Assembly (NCBI GenBank): GCA_963667365.1
Contig: OY763324.1
Coordinates: forward strand, 3,921,829 to 3,985,828
Direction: 5' to 3'
DNA: 64,000 nt
DNA from: Candidatus Poribacteria bacterium
GTDB lineage: Bacteria > Poribacteria > WGA-4E > WGA-3G
Part shown: positions 41,194-51,052 of the stretch, piece after piece
How the letters are laid out: every line of letters starts with the position of its first letter
How positions within the stretch are numbered: the stretch's first letter is position 1
Notes under the pieces: generated by a model
What the model was told of the DNA's origin: nothing
The model's input: the letters and a program-made list of their open reading frames with translations, nothing else
Database searches by the model: none
Made by a program: the position numbers and the translations under genes

Positions 41194-41790
41194 ATGATTG
41201 CTCACCTTAAGGGAACACTCGTTTCTATTGATACAAAAGAGGTAGTCGTAGATGTAAATGGTGTTGGTTATTTCGTTGAAGTTGCTGAGAGAACACTAAA
41301 TGAATTACCAGCCATCGGTGAACCGGTTATGTTTTACACATACTATTCCCAAAATCGTGAAAATGATATAAAAATATACGGTTTCACATCACGAGACGCA
41401 CTAAAGATTTTTAAATTAGCAATCACCGTAAAAGGTGTCGGTCCAACTTTAGCACAAAATATCGTAACAAGACTATCACCATCCCAATTTCAGCAAGCTG
41501 TGCTTAAAGAAAATATACCAATTTTGAGAAGAGTTCCACGTTTGAGTGATGAACTTGCGAAACTAATTATCATAAAATTGAAAAAGATAATAGCAAAAGT
41601 GAAATTAGAGGAAAAAGTAGAGATTGGTGGAGTAGGTTCAACACATCAAGCAGTTATCAATGTGCTTGTTAATCTTGGTGCGTCAGATCTTGATGCAGAA
41701 CTGGCATTAGAAAAAGCACAGGAATCTCTCGGCGATGATGCTGATCGTGATGTTTTAGTAAAAGCAGCACTACGATATATCAAAAAATAA
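41194..41790 (+). CDS. ruvA: Holliday junction branch migration protein RuvA
   Basis: MIAHLKG, VDVNGVGY, IYGF and VKGVGP; lies between ruvC and ruvB. Confidence 0.92.
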   Translation: MIAHLKGTLVSIDTKEVVVDVNGVGYFVEVAERTLNELPAIGEPVMFYTYYSQNRENDIKIYGFTSRDALKIFKLAITVKGVGPTLAQNIVTRLSPSQFQQAVLKENIPILRRVPRLSDELAKLIIIKLKKIIAKVKLEEKVEIGGVGSTHQAVINVLVNLGASDLDAELALEKAQESLGDDADRDVLVKAALRYIKK

Positions 41791-41883
41791 TTAGTTAATA
41801 TTTTACACAATTTGTTGTATTGTAGAAAAAATCACCTTTACTGATTTAGTTACAGGATTAATCTTCCTCAATCATAGACTAAA

Positions 41884-42921
41884 ATGAAAAACTACGATAT
41901 TCTCGATAATAGTGAAGATGAATTTGGGTATAGCCTGCGTCCAGAAACATTAAATGAATTTATAGGACAAGATACAGCAAAAGACCAACTTCGCCTTCAC
42001 ATTGAAGCTGTGATAAGTAGACGAGAAACCAAGGGTAAAGGTGGTAATAGTAGAGACAATGTGTTAGAACATGTACTCCTCGTTGGTCCTCCCGGACTTG
42101 GTAAAACCACACTTGCGAAAATAATTGCAAATGAATTTGGTACTAATTTCAAACAAGCAATTGGATCGGTGATGGAACGGCTTGATCTTGCCACAACATT
42201 AACTAATCTTGAAGAAGGGGATATCTTATTTATTGATGAAATTCACGGAATGAAGTCAACAACACAGGAATCCTTGTATCCAGTACTTGAAGATTATATA
42301 CTGGACTTAGCAATCGGTCAAGGTCCTGGTTCAGATGTTGTTCAAGTTGCAATAGAACCATTTACCTTGGTGGGTGCAACAACTCGTGAAGGATTACTTA
42401 CAGGTCCATTTCGTGATAGACTTGGAATCCATATTCATCTTGATTACTACACACCTGAAGATATTCAGCAAGCCATACGTATTAACAGTGCAAAGCTCAA
42501 TATTGAAATTGATGAGGAAGCTGAATACGCATTAGCATTGCGTGCACGTGGTACGATGCGAATAGCAAACAAACTTCTTATTAAAGTTAGAGATTATGCC
42601 CAAGTGAAAAGTGGAGGTGTTCTCACACTTGATGTTGCTTTAGAAGCGTTGGAATTCTTCGGTATTGATGAAAAAGGGTTGAATGCACAAGATTATGCTT
42701 ACTTTCGTGCCTTGATTCAGACATTTAAAGGACGTGCTGGGGCAAGATCGCTCTCTGTTGCTCTGAGTGAAGACGAACGCACTATCTCGGAAGTATATGA
42801 ACCGTACTATATCAAAGAAGGATTTCTAATGCTTACACCGAGTGGCCGAGTTGCAACAGAGGCAGCGTATGAATACTTCGGTTACCCAACAGGACTGCAA
42901 CCAACACTTTTTGATATATGA
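41884..42921 (+). CDS. ruvB: Holliday junction branch migration ATPase RuvB
   Basis: LRPETLNEFIGQ, GPPGLGKTTLA, LFIDEIH, FTLVGATTR and VYEPY. Confidence 0.96.
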   Translation: MKNYDILDNSEDEFGYSLRPETLNEFIGQDTAKDQLRLHIEAVISRRETKGKGGNSRDNVLEHVLLVGPPGLGKTTLAKIIANEFGTNFKQAIGSVMERLDLATTLTNLEEGDILFIDEIHGMKSTTQESLYPVLEDYILDLAIGQGPGSDVVQVAIEPFTLVGATTREGLLTGPFRDRLGIHIHLDYYTPEDIQQAIRINSAKLNIEIDEEAEYALALRARGTMRIANKLLIKVRDYAQVKSGGVLTLDVALEALEFFGIDEKGLNAQDYAYFRALIQTFKGRAGARSLSVALSEDERTISEVYEPYYIKEGFLMLTPSGRVATEAAYEYFGYPTGLQPTLFDI

Positions 42922-42971
42922 TGTATAAAAAGTATGACAGATCATACTGGATATCCCTTCTATAGTGTTAT

Positions 42972-44000
42972 ATGAATTTAGATGATTTCGATTACGACCT
43001 TCCTCCAGATCGGATTGCACAAGTTCCACTGCAACGACGGGATGCATCACGACTGATGATTATTGACCGCAGCACCCGAGAATTTCACCATACACATTTT
43101 TCCAATATAGGAGAGTTTCTGCCAAATTCATCACTGTTAGTTTTGAATGATACGAAGGTAATACCTGCAAGGTTGATCGGTAAGAAAAGCGAAACTAGTG
43201 GTAGAATAGAACTGCTTCTCATTCAGGAAAAGGAACAGGATACGTGGGAAGTCTTGGCAAGACCTCGTCGTAGTCTAAAAGTTGGAACACAGATAGATTT
43301 TGGTGGAGATAAACTTAAGGGTGAAGTAGTAGTTAAACCTGAGGAGGGTAATTGTTTAGTCCAATTCACTTATGATGGGATATTTTCAGAGATACTTGCA
43401 GATGTAGGGATCATGCCTTTGCCACCATACATTCGACGTTCACCAAATCGTGAGGATACATTACGTTATCAATCAGTATATGCCTCTAACGAGGGTGCTA
43501 TCGCAGCACCGACTGCAGGATTGCATTTTACAGAAGAGTTATTATATGAATTAAAATGCAATGGGGTCGAATCGGCAATGTTAACCTTGCATGTTGGAAT
43601 TGGTACATTTCAACCTGTGAAAGTTGATAACGTCCAAAGTCATAAAATGCATGCCGAATATATCAACCTTACCGATTCAGAAGTGGAGAAAATACAGAAA
43701 GCTCGTGAAACAAGTTCCAATATAGTTGCTATTGGTACTACAGTAGTACGTGGACTTGAAACTGCAGGTGCTGACGGAACTCTCAGACCTTATAGCGGGG
43801 AAAGTGACCTTTTTATTTATCCGGGTTACCAATTTAAGGTTGTAGATGCGTTAGTCACAAACTTCCATCTGCCAAAATCGACTTTACTCATGCTTGTTAG
43901 TGCATTTGCAGATATTCAACTGATTCAACAAGCATACAAAGAAGCACTCTTACACGATTACCGTTTTTTCAGTTATGGCGATGCCATGCTAATACATTAA
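42972..44000 (+). CDS. queA: S-adenosylmethionine:tRNA ribosyltransferase-isomerase
   Basis: FDYDLP, PLPPYI, AAPTAGLHF, TNFHLPKSTL and YRFFSYGDAM. Confidence 0.97.
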   Translation: MNLDDFDYDLPPDRIAQVPLQRRDASRLMIIDRSTREFHHTHFSNIGEFLPNSSLLVLNDTKVIPARLIGKKSETSGRIELLLIQEKEQDTWEVLARPRRSLKVGTQIDFGGDKLKGEVVVKPEEGNCLVQFTYDGIFSEILADVGIMPLPPYIRRSPNREDTLRYQSVYASNEGAIAAPTAGLHFTEELLYELKCNGVESAMLTLHVGIGTFQPVKVDNVQSHKMHAEYINLTDSEVEKIQKARETSSNIVAIGTTVVRGLETAGADGTLRPYSGESDLFIYPGYQFKVVDALVTNFHLPKSTLLMLVSAFADIQLIQQAYKEALLHDYRFFSYGDAMLIH

Positions 44001-44025
44001 ATTTACAAGGAGAAACTATTTTACA

Positions 44026-44328
44026 ATGGATAGTCTTACAAGTATACTATTTATGGTCGTCCCTATGATACTAATCTTGTATTTTCTGATGTTTCGTCCA
44101 GAACAGCAACGGCGAAAAAAACATCAGGCAATGCTTGATAATTTGACTAAGGGAGATGAAATCGTAACCAATGGTGGGTTACATGGAAAAATTCTGGGTA
44201 TAACGAATGACAAGAAGGTTGTTTTATTGTCAGTTGGTGAAATGAATAATCAGGATGTGAAAGTTCAAATATCACTTAGTGCAGTTGCATTTCTCAAAAA
44301 GGGTGGTGAACTCATTGAAGGGGAGTAG
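44026..44328 (+). CDS. yajC: preprotein translocase subunit YajC
   Basis: N-terminal TM, YFLMFRP and GDEIVTNGGLHG. Confidence 0.93.
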   Translation: MDSLTSILFMVVPMILILYFLMFRPEQQRRKKHQAMLDNLTKGDEIVTNGGLHGKILGITNDKKVVLLSVGEMNNQDVKVQISLSAVAFLKKGGELIEGE

Positions 44329-44956
44329 AACGGGATACTGATAACTGGTAGCATACACCTTCAATTTTAATCAAATGTGCGCGGGTTTTTTCTGGAACGA
44401 CAAGCATATCATTGTGGTGCAGAACGACTTGTGCCGCCTTCTTATCAGGTTCAACAATTTGTAGGGTAACATATCCATTCGTATCGTGGCAACGATACAA
44501 ACAAACCGCTTCCCCTACCAGATCACTTGTAAAGTCGTTTTCACGAATGCTGAGTTGATAATTTGATTCAGTATCTTTCTCACCTGCATTTAAAATCACT
44601 GCAGCTGTATCAGAATGCGATGGAGTTTTACAGATGGCAATCTCAACACTGTCTGTGTTAGTTATAACTTCATACGTGGTATGGTGAGGGATAAAAGCAA
44701 CACATGCATCCCCCTCAAATACATCTATTCGCTCACCCAAAATACCATTTGCTTTGTTGCCGTTATGACCAACCAGTAAGGTGCATTGTCCACCTAATGC
44801 AATCAGGACAACTTCGCAGTCAGCAGTATGATCGAAAAAAGAAGATTGTTGTGGGAGATTAAGAATACCGAAATGTAGGTTGTGGATACCATATTCACCA
44901 GGGTTAATAAGGTTAGTAAATCCCTCAGTGGTAGCGTAATGAATAATTGTTGACAT
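44312..44956 (-). CDS. IolB/KduI-like cupin protein, shortened and degenerate
   Basis: EVVLIALGGQC and GERIDVFEG..AFIP resemble the IolB N-terminus; no WSSYPPHxH catalytic motif. Confidence 0.55.
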   Translation of the reverse strand: MSTIIHYATTEGFTNLINPGEYGIHNLHFGILNLPQQSSFFDHTADCEVVLIALGGQCTLLVGHNGNKANGILGERIDVFEGDACVAFIPHHTTYEVITNTDSVEIAICKTPSHSDTAAVILNAGEKDTESNYQLSIRENDFTSDLVGEAVCLYRCHDTNGYVTLQIVEPDKKAAQVVLHHNDMLVVPEKTRAHLIKIEGVCYQLSVSRSTPLQ

Positions 44957-44960
44957 CAGG

Positions 44961-45539
44961 TCAAATATCCATTAGTTGTTCAACAAGGCTTGCCAATGGG
45001 AGTCCAACAACATTGAAATAACATCCATCAATTCGTTTAACAAAAGCAGCCCCTCTTCCCTGAATTCCATACGCGCCTGCTTTATCCGCTGCCTCTCCTG
45101 ATTTTATATAGTAATCAATCTCTTCCTTTTGTATCTCTCTAAAATAGACATGTGTTACTTCTGCCCAAGTTTTTTCATGACCTTCCTTAAGATTGATCAA
45201 GGAAACACCAGTCACGACCTTATGACATTGACCGCTTAGACGTGTTAACATTTGTAGCGCATGTTCAGCGTTAAGGGGTTTACCAAGCAATTCGTTTTCA
45301 ATCGAAACTAATGTATCAGCACCAATTACAATACCATCGGTATAACGTTCAGCAACAGCATTTGCTTTTAACGAAGCAAGTTGTTGGGTTACTTTCTCTG
45401 GAGATATATTCTGGTGTGGAACTGTTTCTTGAATTTCGCTTGGATATACCTCAAATGTCAGTCCAATTTGAGATAATAAGTCTGCACGACGCGGAGATGC
45501 TGATGCTAAAATGAGACGCGGGTTTTTAACGAATAGCAT
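44961..45539 (-). CDS. maf: Maf family nucleoside triphosphate pyrophosphatase
   Basis: LILASASPRR, IGADT, DKAGAYGIQ and NVVGLP. Confidence 0.95.
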   Translation of the reverse strand: MLFVKNPRLILASASPRRADLLSQIGLTFEVYPSEIQETVPHQNISPEKVTQQLASLKANAVAERYTDGIVIGADTLVSIENELLGKPLNAEHALQMLTRLSGQCHKVVTGVSLINLKEGHEKTWAEVTHVYFREIQKEEIDYYIKSGEAADKAGAYGIQGRGAAFVKRIDGCYFNVVGLPLASLVEQLMDI

Positions 45540-45546
45540 AGCACTG

Positions 45547-45855
45547 TTATTTTAAACAATACCATTGATCGTTGTTTTTATTTTGGATCAGTAATAAATT
45601 TGCTGCTATTAATTCTGAGATACCACTATCAATGTCGGTTTTCGAAAACCCAACTTGTTCAAGAACTTCATCTCTATTAGGTGTTCGAAACCATTCAGGT
45701 CTGTCAATTGAGTTCGATTTTGCGCGAAATACTTCAAGTGCGCAATATAGTCGTATAGTCTTTGCAGGTAGACCAACAAGCGGATTCACCTTAGTGTAGT
45801 GTTCTTTTGATCGTGTTTGCATCTTTATTTCCTCAATAGATTCCTTTACTATCAT
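45547..45855 (-). CDS. small hypothetical protein, winged-helix-like
   Basis: PNRDEVLEQVGFSKTDIDSGISELIAANLL HTH-like segment; immediately upstream of maf. Confidence 0.55.
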   Translation of the reverse strand: MIVKESIEEIKMQTRSKEHYTKVNPLVGLPAKTIRLYCALEVFRAKSNSIDRPEWFRTPNRDEVLEQVGFSKTDIDSGISELIAANLLLIQNKNNDQWYCLK

Positions 45856-46075
45856 TGATTATAACGTTATAAACGGAACCACTATATTGAGGTTACAAAA
45901 TTTTTAAATTACTATTAAGAACGAACTAAACATGTATGATACCTACAATCTCAAGGTATGGCTTCTCAATTACACTGATATATGGAAAGTGTGAAATATA
46001 TAAATTCATTGCATCTATTCGAATTTTATACTGGTATTAGTCCATAATCATATTATATAAAATCCCAACTTCAAT

Positions 46076-46104
46076 TTGACAAATTGGCAAGAAGATGTTA
46101 AAAT
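46076..46104 (+). promoter_or_regulatory. sigma70-type promoter
   Basis: TTGACA-17nt-TAAAAT with TG. Confidence 0.55.
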
Positions 46105-46158
46105 TGTTTAGTTTTGTTGAAAGATGTAGACATGTTTTTGATGTAGTATAGGATATAG

Positions 46159-46932
46159 GTGTTAGAACCTGAGGAACGCTTACATTTGGTATCGAATTGT
46201 GTTTTAAATTATTTACGTAAGGTACTTGATAAGAGTAATGCAGGATATCTCGTTCTGATTGATCCTGATAAGTGTGAGATAGGCAAATGTACTAAACTTG
46301 CACGAGAAATTGAACGGTCAGGTGCAGATGCAATCTTGCTTGGAGGGAGTCTATTAACTACGGATCTAAATCCTATTGCAGCAGCACTGAAAACAGAGAC
46401 AGCACTACCTCTCATACTTTTCCCGGGTGATTCAATGCATCTCACATCTCATGCAGATGCTATTCTTTTTATGAGTCTTATTAGTGGTCGTAATCCAAAC
46501 TATCTTATTGGTGAACAGGTCAAAGCGGCACCGTGGATTCAACGATATGCATTGGAACCTATCCCAACTGCTTATATTCTCATTGAAGGTGGTAACCGAA
46601 CCGCTGTTGAATTTATGAGCGGCACAGCACCAATCCCCAGAGAAAAACCGGATATAGCAGGACCTCATGCATTAGCAGCACAGTATCTTGGTATGCAGCT
46701 GGTCTATTTAGAGGCAGGAAGCGGTGCACAGTTTCCAGTACCCAATGAGATGATTTCAACGGTTAAGTCTCAAATTGATATTCCACTGATAGTTGGTGGA
46801 GGTATTCGAGATCCAGAAACTGCTGCTGACAAAGTCAATGCTGGTGCTGATTTTATAGTTACAGGTAATATACTTGAGAAAAATGGTTCATTTGATTTGA
46901 TGAAACGATTTGCTGATGCTGTACATGGATAG
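46159..46932 (+). CDS. geranylgeranylglyceryl/heptaprenylglyceryl phosphate synthase (group II-like)
   Basis: LIDPDK, LLGGS, SLISGRNPNYLIG, YLEAGSGA, VGGGIR and GADFIVTGN. Confidence 0.92.
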   Translation: MLEPEERLHLVSNCVLNYLRKVLDKSNAGYLVLIDPDKCEIGKCTKLAREIERSGADAILLGGSLLTTDLNPIAAALKTETALPLILFPGDSMHLTSHADAILFMSLISGRNPNYLIGEQVKAAPWIQRYALEPIPTAYILIEGGNRTAVEFMSGTAPIPREKPDIAGPHALAAQYLGMQLVYLEAGSGAQFPVPNEMISTVKSQIDIPLIVGGGIRDPETAADKVNAGADFIVTGNILEKNGSFDLMKRFADAVHG

Positions 46933-47005
46933 GATGTATAGTTAACTATTTCCACATAACATTGGTAACCAAGATAGAAGTAAAACGGAAGTGAGGTAAT
47001 TCATT

Positions 47006-47722
47006 ATGTCTGAAAATAATGAGGTAGTTATAGAAATAGAAACAGAAAAAAATAACAAACCTGATTTTCTAATTGATGAATCTGAGGAAGAAAGTGATGC
47101 TTCAACTGAAACAGTTGAACGGACAATAGAAAGCGTTGAAGCTGAAATTGATGAACTTAAAGAAGACTTTAAAAAACAACTTGAAGCAGTTGCCGAATCC
47201 GAACGAGAGCAGTTTCAAGAGGAACGCGAACGTTTACTTAGAACCGCTGCTGAAGCTGAGAATTCAAAAAAACGTATTGAAGCAGACGCAGAGAAACAAC
47301 TTAAGTTTGCTAACAAAAATCTTATAGAAGGACTTATCCCTGTGATGGATAGTCTTGAAGCTGCAATTAAAAGTGTCTCAGAGAATTTGGAGGAAGGTGA
47401 TACTTTAAAAGATTTCTCTACTTTCAATGAAGGGGTACAACTTGTTCACAAACAACTAATGGATGTGTTGAGAATACAGGGATTAACACCCATTCAAGCA
47501 GTAGGTGAAATGTTTGATCCTAACTTGCATGAAGCGGTTTTTGCAGCAGAATCAGATGACATACCGGAAGGAAATGTGATCGATGTGTATAGATGCGGTT
47601 ATTTATTGCACGAACAAGTTCTTCGTGCCGCACAAGTCGCAGTTTCCAAAGGGAAACCCGTAATAGAAGATGTCAGTGAGGATATAGACGAACATCAAGA
47701 TGAAAACACTACCGAAAATTAA
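47006..47722 (+). CDS. grpE: nucleotide exchange factor GrpE
   Basis: LLRTAAEAENSKKR, FDPNLHEA and GYLLHEQVLRAAQVAV. Confidence 0.93.
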   Translation: MSENNEVVIEIETEKNNKPDFLIDESEEESDASTETVERTIESVEAEIDELKEDFKKQLEAVAESEREQFQEERERLLRTAAEAENSKKRIEADAEKQLKFANKNLIEGLIPVMDSLEAAIKSVSENLEEGDTLKDFSTFNEGVQLVHKQLMDVLRIQGLTPIQAVGEMFDPNLHEAVFAAESDDIPEGNVIDVYRCGYLLHEQVLRAAQVAVSKGKPVIEDVSEDIDEHQDENTTEN

Positions 47723-47757
47723 GTGAAATAATTATGACAACGTAGGTAGGAAAATAT

Positions 47758-48882
47758 ATGCAGCAAAAACGGGATTATTACGATATATTAGATGTAGGTC
47801 GAGATGCTGATGAGAACGAGATTAAGAAGGCTTATCGAAAGTTAGCTGTCCAATATCACCCTGATAAAAATCCCGGTGATAAAGAAGCTGAAGATAAATT
47901 TAAAGAAGCAACCGAAGCATATGATGTACTAAGAACACCTGAGAAACGTCAACGTTATGATCAATATGGCCATGCTGGACTTGAAGGAACGACCTCTGGC
48001 TTCGGGTTTGGTGTTAACATAGATGATATTCTCAACGATGTTTTTGGAGACGTATTTGGAGGATTCAACAGGACACAACAACGGAGACCAAAACAAGGAC
48101 GCAGTCTACAAACAAACATAGAGATAACACTTGAAGATGCGTATTCTGGTAAAGAGGTAACAATCGATGTTCCGCGTATAGAATCATGTCCTGAATGTAA
48201 TGGAAGTGGTGCAGAAAAAGGTTCAACTGTTGACACTTGTCCACAATGTTACGGCCGTGGTCAAGTTACACAGTCTCAAGGTTTCTTTACTATGTCCCGT
48301 ACATGTCCCCGTTGCCATGGTGAAGGGGAAACAATAAAAAACCCATGTAGAAACTGTAATGGTCAAGGACGAATTAGGGCGAACCGTGAGATTAAACTAA
48401 GCATTGACAAGGGAGTGGTTAATGGATTTGAATATCGCTTACGTGGAGAAGGTGAAGCTGGGACACTTGGTGGACCTGCCGGTGATCTTCTTGTCGTTGT
48501 CCATATTAAACCACACGAACGGTATAGTCGTGAGGTAGACAATCTGATTACTTCCACAAAAATATCCTTCATTCAAGCTGCACTTGGAAGTAGTGTTGAA
48601 ATTGATGGAATTGATGGCACACACAAATTGGATATACCAGCAGGTACACAGTATGGAGATCAGTTACGGATACATGGAAAAGGAATGCCAAAGTACAGAA
48701 GTTCAAGTTTTGGAGATCTCATCGTACAGGTAGGAATTGGTACACCGAGAAACCTTACTGAGGAAGAACGTGATCTGTTAATGAAATTTGCTGAGTTACG
48801 TGGTGATGCAACAGAAACTGGTCACGGAGGATTCTGGGACAAACTATTTCGTCACCACGATGAGGATAGTAATGGAAAATAA
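47758..48882 (+). CDS. dnaJ: chaperone DnaJ
   Basis: J domain with HPD and four CxxCxGxG repeats. Confidence 0.97.
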   Translation: MQQKRDYYDILDVGRDADENEIKKAYRKLAVQYHPDKNPGDKEAEDKFKEATEAYDVLRTPEKRQRYDQYGHAGLEGTTSGFGFGVNIDDILNDVFGDVFGGFNRTQQRRPKQGRSLQTNIEITLEDAYSGKEVTIDVPRIESCPECNGSGAEKGSTVDTCPQCYGRGQVTQSQGFFTMSRTCPRCHGEGETIKNPCRNCNGQGRIRANREIKLSIDKGVVNGFEYRLRGEGEAGTLGGPAGDLLVVVHIKPHERYSREVDNLITSTKISFIQAALGSSVEIDGIDGTHKLDIPAGTQYGDQLRIHGKGMPKYRSSSFGDLIVQVGIGTPRNLTEEERDLLMKFAELRGDATETGHGGFWDKLFRHHDEDSNGK

Positions 48883-48924
48883 TATTATTCTCAGGATGAA
48901 TTTGCAATTTATACACATCACAAG

Positions 48925-49812
48925 ATGAATTGGACGCGGATAACCGTAACAACTTCTCAGGATGCATCCGAAGCAGTTTCAAACTTTTTATTCGAAATGG
49001 ATGCATTCGGTGTTGAACTAAAAGACTCTGCTGCTTCAACGACATCTCTCATTGCTTACTATCCACTTGATGACCGTGTCAATTCAAGAGTCGAGAAACT
49101 CAGAGAGTTTCTTGCAAAACTTCCAACATGGGGTATACAAGCAAATCCTGCCAAAATTGACTTAAAGCGGATTGAGTCTGAAGAATGGGAGGAAGCATGG
49201 AAGTCTTCCTTTCCACCACGACGGATTGGAAACCGACTACAGATTGCACCTACATGGCATGAAATCCCTCCTGATGATACATCTATTCTAATACAACTTG
49301 ATCCGGGTATGGCATTTGGTACTGGTTACCATCCTACAACACATTTATCACTGGAAATGTTGGAACAAACGATATTACCTTGTCAAAACGTAGTTGATAT
49401 TGGAACAGGTTCCGGAATTTTAGCAATTGCTGCAATTAAGTATGGTGCAAAACATGTTGATGCAATTGAGTTGGATCCAACAGCAATTCCAGTAGCTGAG
49501 AAAAACTTCACAATTAATGGTGTTTCTGAACAAATTAGTTTGTATCAAGGTGATGGTATTAAGTCGTTAAGTGGAAAATACGATCTTATAATAGGGAATA
49601 TTCTGACAAAGGCGATTCTTCCTATAATTCCACACTGTCCATCAAGATTGAATCCTAATGGAAACATTATTTTCTCAGGTATCTTAGAGACAGAACTTGA
49701 TGTAATACAGGATGTATTGGTAGAAAATGGATTGGAATGTGTTAATGTGACCTATCAAGCAGAAGATGAAATCACTTGGATAGCATTGAGAGCGAAACAT
49801 GCTAATCCATAA
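48925..49812 (+). CDS. prmA: ribosomal protein L11 methyltransferase
   Basis: LDPGMAFGTGYHPTT and DIGTGSGILAI. Confidence 0.95.
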   Translation: MNWTRITVTTSQDASEAVSNFLFEMDAFGVELKDSAASTTSLIAYYPLDDRVNSRVEKLREFLAKLPTWGIQANPAKIDLKRIESEEWEEAWKSSFPPRRIGNRLQIAPTWHEIPPDDTSILIQLDPGMAFGTGYHPTTHLSLEMLEQTILPCQNVVDIGTGSGILAIAAIKYGAKHVDAIELDPTAIPVAEKNFTINGVSEQISLYQGDGIKSLSGKYDLIIGNILTKAILPIIPHCPSRLNPNGNIIFSGILETELDVIQDVLVENGLECVNVTYQAEDEITWIALRAKHANP

Positions 49813-49814
49813 TG

Positions 49815-50075
49815 CTATTCACTCTTTTCCTTTTCTAAGCCGTGGCATAACGTGCATCTACCAAGGTTGAGGTGTGGCATGGTTGGTGATTTTTCATCAC
49901 CTTTCAAGTGGCATGTCAGGCAGGCAGGTGCATCAGTTGGTTCTATATGTACATCAATGTTTGAACGTGCAGGTGCTGCATTAAAAAACATTATGACCAT
50001 GACAATCGCAAAAATGAGACCAATTACACTAACAAGGTAAAATAATACTTTTGGGTTTCCCTGATCAGTTGGCAT
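49815..50075 (-). CDS. small membrane-anchored c-type cytochrome with two CxxCH motifs
   Basis: N-terminal TM helix; CLTCH and CTLCH. Confidence 0.7.
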   Translation of the reverse strand: MPTDQGNPKVLFYLVSVIGLIFAIVMVIMFFNAAPARSNIDVHIEPTDAPACLTCHLKGDEKSPTMPHLNLGRCTLCHGLEKEKSE

Positions 50076-50166
50076 ATAAAATAAGTAGACTCCTAATCCT
50101 TAAAACTATATGATTCACCTAATAGGATACCCTATTAGCATCTGTTCTGCAATCAAAATAACGGAC

Positions 50167-50991
50167 TTAATCGAAAAAGGGAAATAGTTTTGGTAGATTG
50201 TCTGTATTTAGCGTAGAACCGTATTCACAGGATTCAAAAGCCTCTGCATATCGGATATTTTGACCTTCTTTTCCACCATAGAGTTCAATTAATTTCGTAC
50301 GGTACTTTTCGGCTATTGAGCTGAAACGATTTTTTAAACGACCAGCAAGCCATTCGCGACGGTCTTGGGTACTGTTGGGAACAGACTCAAGTGATCCGCT
50401 GTTGTAGGGTAACCATTCATAAAACTGCGATTCGTGGCAGTGTAACATATCTATTTTCTTTTCGACTACAGAATCAATATCGATTACTACATCTGGTGTA
50501 AATGGGTTTGGCTTTTGGAAGTTATCACTTAAATATACAATTACAGGGTTTTTTGCTAAATGAGGGGTTAAGGCACAGATGTTTGGAACAGTTACCATAT
50601 ACGCTGCATCCTGAACAAGCATAGAAGTGTAACGATGATCTGGATGATAGTCGTTTGGACGGTGCGTCATAATAAGGTCAGCACGAAAATCGCGAATAGC
50701 ACGGATAATCTTATACCGATTTTCTAAAGTTGGCATAAGTTCCCCATCGTGGTTGTCAAGTAGTTCATATTCAATACCGATGGTTTGTGATGCTGCTTGT
50801 GCCTCCAAATTACGTCTTTGTGCTAAAGTGCCTCCACCCATTTCATGATGTCCGGCATCGCCATTAGTTACAGAAACAAATTTGACAAGATGTCCCTGCT
50901 GAGAATATAGTGCAGCTATGCCTCCTGCTTTTATATCACAGTCATCTGGATGTGCACCGATGACTAATACACGTATCTGTTTTGTATCCAT
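50167..50991 (-). CDS. PIG-L/LmbE family deacetylase
   Basis: GAHPDD, TNGDAG, YHPDH and HESQF. Confidence 0.92.
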   Translation of the reverse strand: MDTKQIRVLVIGAHPDDCDIKAGGIAALYSQQGHLVKFVSVTNGDAGHHEMGGGTLAQRRNLEAQAASQTIGIEYELLDNHDGELMPTLENRYKIIRAIRDFRADLIMTHRPNDYHPDHRYTSMLVQDAAYMVTVPNICALTPHLAKNPVIVYLSDNFQKPNPFTPDVVIDIDSVVEKKIDMLHCHESQFYEWLPYNSGSLESVPNSTQDRREWLAGRLKNRFSSIAEKYRTKLIELYGGKEGQNIRYAEAFESCEYGSTLNTDNLPKLFPFFD

Positions 50992-51052
50992 TTGTACTAC
51001 CGATTTTATTTTAATCTCATGTTAATTATGTTATTTTGGTTCACCGAACACT

